Origin: an uncultured Candidatus Binatia bacterium
GTDB taxonomy: Bacteria > Desulfobacterota > Binatia > Bin18
DNA: 64,000 nt
Assembly: GCA_965204455.1 (NCBI GenBank)
Contig: CBDBEO010000001.1
Coordinates: 652,552 to 716,551 of the forward strand
Reading direction: 5' to 3'
A program made the translations under genes and the position numbers. Below the pieces are notes generated by a model. The model searched no databases. It saw nothing but the letters and a program-made list of their open reading frames with translations, and had not been told where the DNA came from. Shown piece after piece: positions 34,822 through 42,773 of this stretch (the stretch's first letter is position 1; each line of letters starts with the position of its first letter).

Positions 34822-36054
34822 ATGGCCGCACAAAACACGAGTGGGATGCTGGCCGGCTACACGGTGCTGGATTTTACCCAGATTGTCGCCGGACCGACGA
34901 CGACCAGACTGATGGCCGAAATGGGAGCCGAGGTCATCAAGGTCGAACAAGCCCCGGCCGGAGACCCGGCGCGTCAGAACCCGGTCTGGAAAAAAGGCCG
35001 CAGCGGCTATTTCATGCAGCATAATCTGGGCAAACACAGCCTGTGTGTGAATCTCAAGACCCAGGCCGGCCGTGAGCTGGTTCGCGCCCTGGTGCCGCAG
35101 GTTGACGTGGTGGTCGAGAATTACAGCCCGGGCGTGATCGGGCGTCTGGGGCTGGGCTACGAGGTGCTGAAGGAACTCAACCCCAAGCTGGTCATGTGTT
35201 CGATTTCAGCCCTGGGCCAGACCGGCCCGCTGTCCCACGTGCCGGGCTTTGACTATATCGCCCAGGCGTATGCCGGCGTGACCGAGGTGATGGGTGAGCC
35301 CGACCAGCCGCCGGTCATCCCCATGGTGGCGATGGGCGATGTCAGCACCGGCGTCCACGCCCTGGCCGCGATTGCGTGCTGCCTGCTGCACCGCGAACGC
35401 AGCGGTGAGGGCCAATACATCGATGTGTCGCTCCTTGACTCGTATATCCACACCCACGATTTCAGCCTGGCGACCTATACGGCGACCCAGGGCAGGTTTA
35501 TTCCGACCCGGGGCGGCTCGCACCACACCGGGCTGACGCCGTGCGGCGTGTTCAAGGCCAGCCAGGGCTATATCATGATTATCGCCGCCCTGGATCACCA
35601 GTGGCAGGGGCTGACCAGGGCCATGCAGCGGCCCGATTTGTCGGACGACCCGCGCTTTCGCAATGTCCGTGTGCGGCGCAAAAATCGCGACATCCTGATG
35701 CCCGAGATTGAGCGCTGGCTGCTGTCCCTGCCCGACCGCCAGGCGGCGCTGGACGCCCTGGATCGCGAACGGGTGCCGGCCGCCCCCGTGCTGACGGTGC
35801 CCGAGGTGGTCGAGCATCCGCACCTGGTCGAGCGCCAGGCCGTGCGCTCGGTGTCTGACCCGCTGCTGGGCGACTTCATGATCCCCGGCTTTCCGTTCCG
35901 CTTCTCCGGGCATCCGTTGCCCCAGGTCGTGCCCGCGCCCGATCTGGGCCAGCACAATGCCGCCGTGCTGGAACGCTACCTGGGCTATGGGGCGGATCGA
36001 ATCGCTGAGCTGGCGGCCGATGGCATTCTCGTCCAGCAGACCGCCGGAGCATAA
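34822..36054 (+). CDS. Family III (CaiB/BaiF) CoA-transferase, copy 4
   Basis: 410 aa: LAGYTVLDFTQIVAGPTTTRLMAEMGAEVIKVEQ, VAMGDVSTG. AGGAGGGG RBS. Confidence 0.85.
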   Translation: MAAQNTSGMLAGYTVLDFTQIVAGPTTTRLMAEMGAEVIKVEQAPAGDPARQNPVWKKGRSGYFMQHNLGKHSLCVNLKTQAGRELVRALVPQVDVVVENYSPGVIGRLGLGYEVLKELNPKLVMCSISALGQTGPLSHVPGFDYIAQAYAGVTEVMGEPDQPPVIPMVAMGDVSTGVHALAAIACCLLHRERSGEGQYIDVSLLDSYIHTHDFSLATYTATQGRFIPTRGGSHHTGLTPCGVFKASQGYIMIIAALDHQWQGLTRAMQRPDLSDDPRFRNVRVRRKNRDILMPEIERWLLSLPDRQAALDALDRERVPAAPVLTVPEVVEHPHLVERQAVRSVSDPLLGDFMIPGFPFRFSGHPLPQVVPAPDLGQHNAAVLERYLGYGADRIAELAADGILVQQTAGA

Positions 36055-36089
36055 GGCGGGCTGTTCGCACAGAAAGGATAGTCACACGA

Positions 36090-37820
36090 ATGCGACAACC
36101 GCACCGTTTCAGACCAGCCTGCCTGCTAGGATGTCTTGTCCTCCTGCTGTGGACCTCGCCCGGCTATGCGCTGTGGGACGGGCCGCTGAGCAAGCCGGTC
36201 GGTTGGGTGAGTAATAACTGGTCACGCTTTGACCGCTTTCTGGCAACCTTTGACCCGGCCGGCCGCTATGTGCGCCAGCCGATTGAGCGCCGCGTGCCGG
36301 CCCTGACCTTCAAGGGCTTTTATCGGCAGTGGTCGGATGTCCTGTTGACCAGCAGCCAGACGATCCACAACCGTCGGAGAGACTTCCGTTTTCTCCAGCT
36401 CCAGAACCTGTTGGAACTGGAGAGCCACTATCAGATCTCGCCCAATATCGAGATCACCAATATCAGTCATTTTCTGTACGACGGGGTGTACAACTGGCAG
36501 GACTCGTCGGGCCTGTACGGCGACCGGGTCAGCGAGACGCTGCGCGGCTACCATAATCTCGACCGGGTTGTGCGCGAGCTGTACGTCAGCTACCGCACCC
36601 ATAACCTGGACCTGGTGATCGGCAAGCAGCAGATCGCCTGGGGAAAAATGGACGGCCGGTATATTGATACGATCAACGCCATCGACAACCGCGAGGGCGC
36701 CCAGGTCGAGGCCAACGAGTACGAGTTCCGGCGGCTGCCGGTCTTCATGCTGAATACGACGTATTTCTTTGGCGCCAACTCGCTCAACTTTTTGTGGATT
36801 CCGCATTTCGAGCACGACCGCAGCGCGCCCTACGGCTCCCCCTGGGCGCTGCCCTTCCTGCCGCCGAACGCCGAGAGCCTGTTGACCAGCGACGAAGACC
36901 TGCTGATGGGCCGCAAGGATTTCTTCGGCAATTATATCCTCAAGCGCCGCCGCCCCTCGTCCGGGGATTGGGGCGACCACGAGTTCGGCGCCCGTTTGGA
37001 CGTGTCCATGGAACCCCTGACCTGGGGGCTGGTGTACTATTACGCCTGGAACAAGTCGGCCCAGAATTTCATTGTGGATCGAGCGATTGACCAGGACGGG
37101 GACATCCACCTGATTCTGCAACCCCGCCACACCCGCCTGCACCACTTCGGGATCACGGCCGACTACGCCACGTCGTTCGCCAATGTGCCGCTGGTGGGTG
37201 AGCTGCCCATGGTGCTGCGGGTTGAGGGCCTGTGGACCAAGGCCGTCGAGTTTCAGGACACCAGTCGCTTTGGCGCGACCAGCAGCCTGCCGGCGCCCGA
37301 TTTTCATATCAACACCAAGGAGCACAACGCCAAAGACGTGCGGCGGATGGTGGCGGCCCGGCGCCGGGCCGGCCTGGGCGAGCGTTTCAAATCCGGCGGG
37401 CACGTGTCTCGGGATACGATGCGAGCCGCCGTTGCGCTGGAATTTGCCCTGCCGGGCAACACCTCGTTCATTTTCCAGCCCTCGCTGCTGTACACCTTTG
37501 ACTGGCGCGAAAGCCTGGGCAGCGGATTCGGCGGGGCGATTGGCGACGAGTGGAACGTCCTGCCGGTGGTGTTTGTCGGACGGCCGTTCCGCTTTACGCG
37601 CGACCGCCTCAACCTCAGCGTGACGGCCATCCCGTGGCTCAGCGGACCCAACCGCAAGTGGCAGGGCATCAAGACCCGGCTGACGGCCAGCTATAATTTC
37701 TCCCAGTTCATCACCGGCCGCATGACCTATACGGCCTTCAGCGGCGGCTATGGGACCGATCTGTACGCCATCTATGGCAAGTACGATAATATCGGCTGGG
37801 AGCTGAGCTACGAGTTTTAG
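36090..37820 (+). CDS. DUF1302-like outer-membrane beta-barrel protein
   Basis: 576 aa with a signal peptide (LLGCLVLLLWTSPGYA), alternating beta-strand-like composition, and a C-terminus ending ...GWELSYEF (terminal aromatic residue typical of OMPs). It is immediately followed by DUF1329-type genes, the usual pairing. Confidence 0.6.
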   Translation: MRQPHRFRPACLLGCLVLLLWTSPGYALWDGPLSKPVGWVSNNWSRFDRFLATFDPAGRYVRQPIERRVPALTFKGFYRQWSDVLLTSSQTIHNRRRDFRFLQLQNLLELESHYQISPNIEITNISHFLYDGVYNWQDSSGLYGDRVSETLRGYHNLDRVVRELYVSYRTHNLDLVIGKQQIAWGKMDGRYIDTINAIDNREGAQVEANEYEFRRLPVFMLNTTYFFGANSLNFLWIPHFEHDRSAPYGSPWALPFLPPNAESLLTSDEDLLMGRKDFFGNYILKRRRPSSGDWGDHEFGARLDVSMEPLTWGLVYYYAWNKSAQNFIVDRAIDQDGDIHLILQPRHTRLHHFGITADYATSFANVPLVGELPMVLRVEGLWTKAVEFQDTSRFGATSSLPAPDFHINTKEHNAKDVRRMVAARRRAGLGERFKSGGHVSRDTMRAAVALEFALPGNTSFIFQPSLLYTFDWRESLGSGFGGAIGDEWNVLPVVFVGRPFRFTRDRLNLSVTAIPWLSGPNRKWQGIKTRLTASYNFSQFITGRMTYTAFSGGYGTDLYAIYGKYDNIGWELSYEF

Positions 37821-37823
37821 CCC

Positions 37824-39164
37824 ATGAACACCTTTGTCGTCCACGTCTGCCTGCTCGCCGTCCTGCTCGTTCCGGCTGTCATTGGCGCCCAGGACAACGG
37901 CGCTCGGCCAAAATCCTGGAAGACGCTTGCCGAGCTGTCCGCACAAGAAAAAGCCGGCCTCGACTTGCGGACCGACACCCCGCGCAGTACGACCATTCCC
38001 TACCTGCCGGCCGAGCCCTATCCGTTTGAGGCGCCGTATACGGCCGAGGAGCTGGGCTATCGCTCCATGGAGTTCACCCACGTGTCGCGCTGGTCGCACG
38101 TCATGGCCGACGCCTTCGGGTCAATGACCAGCGGCGGCTACCTGAACCAGGGCGTCACGATCGGGCTCAATTTCTATATGCCGGACGAGGACGGCGTTGC
38201 CGGTCATCTCGCAACGCCGGCGGGCCAGGATTTCTTTCGGATGGTGTTTTATTACTCCTCGCCGGCCGAACTGCAGGGCGCCCAGGACCTGTGGATCATG
38301 CACCGGACCGATAAGGAAAACTCGACCAAGCTGGACTATTTTGCCTATGCGCCGGCCATGCGCCGGGTGCGGCGGATTCCCCAGCCCCGGCGGGGCGAGC
38401 GCTTTCCCAACAATGTCCAGTCGTTTGACGATATCATTGGCCGCGACGCCTGGGAGTTTCGCTGGCGGGTGCTGGGAACCGATGTCCTGTATGAGACGGT
38501 CCGCTTTCCCAATACGCGCCCGACCGTGACCCTGGCCAATCCGGACGGCACGTTTTTCGACGCCGCGACCGATCAGCTCAAGATGATGTGGGACAGCTAT
38601 CCGTTCTACCGTCCCGACGGCGGGGTGGAGTGTTATGTGGTCGAATCCACGACCCGCGAGGATTGGCTGTCCAACTATCCGACCAGCAAGCTCATCTACT
38701 GGCTGGACCGTCACTATTTCTACCCGCTGCGTATCGAGCAGTACGATCACGACGGCCAGCTCCAGGTCGTTGAGGTGCGGATTGCCAGACAGGATAATCC
38801 GGCCCTGGAGGACAAGGGCTACGCGGCGCTGATGACCCTGTACTACGATGTGTCGCTCGACCTGATGAGCTATAGCATCCACGATGCCCACCTGGTCAAA
38901 GAGTGGTCGGTCAAGGACAAAGAGGTGGCGTTCAGTCCGGATTTCATGCGCCGCGGCTGGTTGATGCATCCCCTGAAAACCCAGACCCTGGTGAATACGC
39001 CGGACGAGTTCTACCTGCGCCCGCTGCTGTACCCGGACAAATTTCCGCACGATCGGACGGTCGCGCCGGCGCCCGAGGTGGCCGCCCGCATCCGGGCTCA
39101 AGAGGCGGCCGGCCACCTGGTCTTTGAGGTCCCGGTCGGGGTGATGGAGGTCGGGGCGCCATGA
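37824..39164 (+). CDS. DUF1329-family (LolA-like, outer-membrane lipoprotein-sorting-like) protein, paralog 1
   Basis: 446 aa with a signal peptide. The block YAPAMRRVRRIPQPRRGERFPNNVQSFDDIIGRDAWEFRWRVLGTD matches my memory of the DUF1329 core. Confidence 0.65.
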   Translation: MNTFVVHVCLLAVLLVPAVIGAQDNGARPKSWKTLAELSAQEKAGLDLRTDTPRSTTIPYLPAEPYPFEAPYTAEELGYRSMEFTHVSRWSHVMADAFGSMTSGGYLNQGVTIGLNFYMPDEDGVAGHLATPAGQDFFRMVFYYSSPAELQGAQDLWIMHRTDKENSTKLDYFAYAPAMRRVRRIPQPRRGERFPNNVQSFDDIIGRDAWEFRWRVLGTDVLYETVRFPNTRPTVTLANPDGTFFDAATDQLKMMWDSYPFYRPDGGVECYVVESTTREDWLSNYPTSKLIYWLDRHYFYPLRIEQYDHDGQLQVVEVRIARQDNPALEDKGYAALMTLYYDVSLDLMSYSIHDAHLVKEWSVKDKEVAFSPDFMRRGWLMHPLKTQTLVNTPDEFYLRPLLYPDKFPHDRTVAPAPEVAARIRAQEAAGHLVFEVPVGVMEVGAP

Positions 39165-40507
39165 CCGGCAGGGGCCGCGTCTGGGGGCTGATGCTGTTCA
39201 GCCTGGCGGTGTGTCCGGTCTGGGCTCTGGCCCAGGACACCCCGACTCGGACGTGGCGGACTGTGGACGAGCTGTCGGCCCAGGAACAGGCCCGGCTCGA
39301 CCTGCGGACCGATACCCCCCGCGACGCCCAGGTGCCGTATCTGCCGGCTGAAAAATTTCCGTTTGAAGCGCCCTACAGCGCGGAAGAGATGGGTATTCGG
39401 TCCATGGAGTACCCGCACTCTCCGTACTGGAACAGCACCCTGATCGACATCGCCACGACCCTGACCGGCTCCGGCTTCATGGACCAGCGGGTGTCGATCA
39501 TTCCCATCCTGTACCTGCCCCAGGGCGGTTTTGCCGAGCATTTGTACACCACCAAGCCCGGCCAGGAAATCTTCCGCTGGCTGTCGCAGGCTGTGTCCCC
39601 GGCCGAGCGCTACGGGACGCAGACGCTGTTCATCGGCTACCGGACCGATCAGAGCTTCCCGACCAAGGTTGAGCTGTTTGCCTACTCGCCCTCCATGCGT
39701 CGCATTCGACGCCAGCCCGCGCCCCGGCGCGAGGACCGTCTGCCCAACGGGGCGGCGACCTTCGACGACCTGATTGGGCGGGACGCCTGGGAGTTTGAGT
39801 GGCGGCTGTTGGGTGTGGACACGCTGTACGAGACCGTGCGGTTTCCGGTCACCCGGCAGACTGCGGTGCTGACCGACACCGAGGGCAACTACATCGATAT
39901 CCACGCCGCGGATGTCAAGCTCATGGGGCCGGACTATCCGCTGTACACCGAGGACGGCGGGGTGCCGTGTTATGTGCTGGAGTCGCTGCCCAAAAAAGAC
40001 TGGCACGCCAACTACTACATGAGCAAGCTGATCTACTGGGTCGATCAGCAGTCCTTTTTTCCCCTGCGTATCGAAGAGTACGACCGGGACGGCAAGCTGG
40101 CCTTCATCAACGCCCGGACCGGGGTGCGGGCCAACCCCAAGCTCGGCGACCGCGGCTATGCGGTGCTGTTCGACCTGTGGTGGGACATTCCGATTGATCT
40201 GCTCCAGGCTTCGATTCACGGCATCCTCAACCGCGAGTGGTCAGAGGCGGACCGGCAGGTTTTTTTCAGTCCCGGCTTCATGCGCCGCGAGTGGTTTCTG
40301 GAGCCGCCCAAGGGCATGATGTCGCTCAATTCACCGGACGAGTTCTATCTGCGTCCACCGCTGGAACGGGACAAGTTTCCGCAGCAGCGCCCGATTCAGC
40401 TCGGGGCGGATATGGAAGCCCGGATTGCCGCCCAGGAGCGGGAAGGGCGGATCGTGTTTGAATCGAGCCTGCTGGCAGGTTATGAGCCGAGGGCTCTGGA
40501 GGAGTAA
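39161..40507 (+). CDS. DUF1329-family protein, paralog 2 (tandem duplicate)
   Basis: 448 aa, collinear with paralog 1 over its full length (for example YSPSMRRIRRQPAPRREDRLPNGAATFDDLIGRDAWEFEWRLLGVD). 4-nt overlap with paralog 1. Confidence 0.65.
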   Translation: MTGRGRVWGLMLFSLAVCPVWALAQDTPTRTWRTVDELSAQEQARLDLRTDTPRDAQVPYLPAEKFPFEAPYSAEEMGIRSMEYPHSPYWNSTLIDIATTLTGSGFMDQRVSIIPILYLPQGGFAEHLYTTKPGQEIFRWLSQAVSPAERYGTQTLFIGYRTDQSFPTKVELFAYSPSMRRIRRQPAPRREDRLPNGAATFDDLIGRDAWEFEWRLLGVDTLYETVRFPVTRQTAVLTDTEGNYIDIHAADVKLMGPDYPLYTEDGGVPCYVLESLPKKDWHANYYMSKLIYWVDQQSFFPLRIEEYDRDGKLAFINARTGVRANPKLGDRGYAVLFDLWWDIPIDLLQASIHGILNREWSEADRQVFFSPGFMRREWFLEPPKGMMSLNSPDEFYLRPPLERDKFPQQRPIQLGADMEARIAAQEREGRIVFESSLLAGYEPRALEE

Positions 40508-40510
40508 GTC

Positions 40511-41707
40511 ATGGAGTTTTACGCGTTTCATCTCATGCCGTGGCCGCATCTGCCCCAGGACTTTGCCGACAACCCGGACAAGTATCCGTCGGCCTGGGTC
40601 ACGCTGTCCAACGACTGTTACGACCCGGCCGAGGGCCAGCAGTTGTACAACCGCTATCTGGACGAGTTGGAGTACGCCGAAACCCTGGGCTTTGACGGTG
40701 TGTGCGTCAACGAGCACCACCAGAACGCCTACGGCACGATGCCGGCCCCCAACATCATGGGCGCCATGCTGGCGCGGCGCACCTCGCGGCTCAAAATTGC
40801 GATTGTCGGCAACGGCCTGCCGCTGCGCGACCATCCGCTGCGGGTGGCCGAGGAAGTCGCCATGCTCGACGTGGTCACCGGCGGGCGGGTCATTTCGGGC
40901 TTTGTGCGCGGCATCGGCTGCGAGTACTTCTCGATGGGCATCAACCCCAGCTATTCGATGGAGCGTTTTCGGGAGGCGCACGACCTGATCCTCAAGGCCT
41001 GGACCGACCCTGGGCCTTTTTCCTGGCAGGGCAAGCACTTCGAGGTGCGTTACGTCAACGTCTGGCCCCGACCGCTGCAAAAGCCGTACCCCAAGATCTG
41101 GATTCCGGGCTTCGGCAGCTCCGAGACGATTGAGTGGTGCGCCCACCCGGACCGCAAGTATACTTATCTGGCCGTGTACATGCCGGAGAGTCTGGTCAAG
41201 ATGTATTTCGACATGTACCGCGAGTGCGCCGACAAATTTGGCTACACAGCCTCGCCCTACCAGCTCGGCCATGTGTATCCCGTGTATGTGGCCGACACCG
41301 ACGCCAAGGCCGAGGAAGAAGCGGCCGAGCATCTGCTGTGGCTGTATCACTTCGGGCTGCGTCAGAAGCCCGAGTTTCTGTTCCCGCCGGGCTATGTCAG
41401 CCATACGTCGATGCTGAACATCCTGAGCCACGCCGACCAGATGGACTGGAGCAAGATGTCGTTTCACGAGCTGAACGAAAAGGGCTTCTGCATTGTGGGC
41501 GGGGTGGAGACCGTGCGTCAGCGTCTGGAGAACGCGGCCAAAACGCTCGGCTTTGGGGTGATGCCGGTGCTGCTGCACTTCGGCAACATGCCGCACGACA
41601 AAACCATGAAGAACATGGAGATGTTCGCCACCGAGATCATGCCCCACCTGCGGGGAATCCACGGCCAGCCCGAGACCCAGCCGCCAGCCCTCGCCGCCGC
41701 GGATTAG
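40511..41707 (+). CDS. LLM-class flavin-dependent oxidoreductase (long form)
   Basis: 398 aa: FDGVCVNEHHQNAYGTMP, KIAIVGNGLPL, VISGFVRG. Starts 3 nt after the DUF1329 stop. Confidence 0.8.
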   Translation: MEFYAFHLMPWPHLPQDFADNPDKYPSAWVTLSNDCYDPAEGQQLYNRYLDELEYAETLGFDGVCVNEHHQNAYGTMPAPNIMGAMLARRTSRLKIAIVGNGLPLRDHPLRVAEEVAMLDVVTGGRVISGFVRGIGCEYFSMGINPSYSMERFREAHDLILKAWTDPGPFSWQGKHFEVRYVNVWPRPLQKPYPKIWIPGFGSSETIEWCAHPDRKYTYLAVYMPESLVKMYFDMYRECADKFGYTASPYQLGHVYPVYVADTDAKAEEEAAEHLLWLYHFGLRQKPEFLFPPGYVSHTSMLNILSHADQMDWSKMSFHELNEKGFCIVGGVETVRQRLENAAKTLGFGVMPVLLHFGNMPHDKTMKNMEMFATEIMPHLRGIHGQPETQPPALAAAD

Positions 41708-41732
41708 GGCTGGCCCTTCAGTCTGATCCGAA

Positions 41733-42353
41733 ATGGAGGACGAGAGAAAGAAATATATTGACTATCTGCTGGCCGATTTCTCTTCGCTCAAGGAGGAAAT
41801 CAGACGGCGGGCAACTCTGCAACGCTTTGTGTTGCTTGGTTTCGCAGCCGTCTTGGCCTTCACGTTCAGGGAAGCAGCTTCAAATAAGCTCTCGACATAT
41901 TGGATAACGGGGCTATGGGTAAGCAGTTTCCTGGCGCTCCTGTTCTATTCCCGCGAAGACCTCGAAATTGGACGCTTAGGGACAGTTATACGAGACCGCC
42001 TCGCGCTACCAGCAGCGCGGGAATTTCGTGTGAGATGGAAGGATGTCTTTCATTCTGAAACCAATCAAGGCATGGCGTCGATAGACCCCATCACAGCTCT
42101 CTATGATGTCGTGTTTAATTGGATCGTTTTTCTGCTACTGCCAGGGTTTGTGACGCTCAAATTTATATGGCCGGTTCTTTGTGGTCTTGGCGACAAGCTT
42201 TCCGAGCATCCATGGGAAGCGTTTTTGTGTTTTCTTGCTGCGGTTGGATGTGTGTTTCTTCTGTTGCTAGACGCGTTCCCGTCACCAATATGGAGACGAG
42301 AAACGTGGACTCTCCTTCGGCACAGGCTTGTCTGTAACTGGAGGTGTCTCTGA
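41733..42353 (+). CDS. Hypothetical four-TM membrane protein
   Basis: 206-aa ORF in an AT-richer block. It has an amphipathic N-terminus (KKYIDYLLADFSSLKEEIRRR) followed by about four hydrophobic helices. No family recognised. Confidence 0.4.
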   Translation: MEDERKKYIDYLLADFSSLKEEIRRRATLQRFVLLGFAAVLAFTFREAASNKLSTYWITGLWVSSFLALLFYSREDLEIGRLGTVIRDRLALPAAREFRVRWKDVFHSETNQGMASIDPITALYDVVFNWIVFLLLPGFVTLKFIWPVLCGLGDKLSEHPWEAFLCFLAAVGCVFLLLLDAFPSPIWRRETWTLLRHRLVCNWRCL

Positions 42354-42369
42354 ACATAATCTCAGGTGC

Positions 42370-42470
42370 GTAGGTCGGATTAGCGAAGCGTAATCCGACG
42401 GGAGGGGCAGGCGGGCCGTTTGCTGTCGTGCCGGAGATGTCGGGTTACGCCTGCGGCTAACCCGACCTAC
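42370..42470. repeat. REPIN-like doublet: two inverted GTAG-headed hairpins
   Basis: GTAG-gtcggatta(gcgaagcg)taatccgac ... 40-nt spacer ... gtcgggtta(cgcctgcggc)taacccgac-CTAC. Near-identical to the core of the 17142..17214 doublet. Confidence 0.6.
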
Positions 42471-42542
42471 AGGTCGCCTCTGATGGCGAGGAAAAAGCAA
42501 TAACAGACTGGCAGGTCAAGCGGGATGGTGGGCAGAGAGGCG

Positions 42543-42758
42543 ATGATACGCAACGATCAAGAGCTGAGAATCACCCGAGAACGGATCGAGCGTTTTGAAT
42601 ACCAGCTCGCCCGTTTACGCCAGGTAGAGACAAATCCTGCCAACTACCATGCTTCGGCGTCCGGTTTTTTGGCGGAAATCGACCGCATGCAGTTAGAGGT
42701 ACGGGAATATCTCTCTCTCCATCCAACGGAAATGGCTGTGAAAGAAATGGCTCGGTAG
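42543..42758 (+). CDS. Small hypothetical helical protein
   Basis: ATG at 42543 after AGAGAGG: MIRNDQELRITRERIERFEYQLARLRQ..., coiled-coil-like. No family recognised. Coding status is uncertain. Confidence 0.3.
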   Translation: MIRNDQELRITRERIERFEYQLARLRQVETNPANYHASASGFLAEIDRMQLEVREYLSLHPTEMAVKEMAR

Positions 42759-42773
42759 AAATGTGTTACTGGC

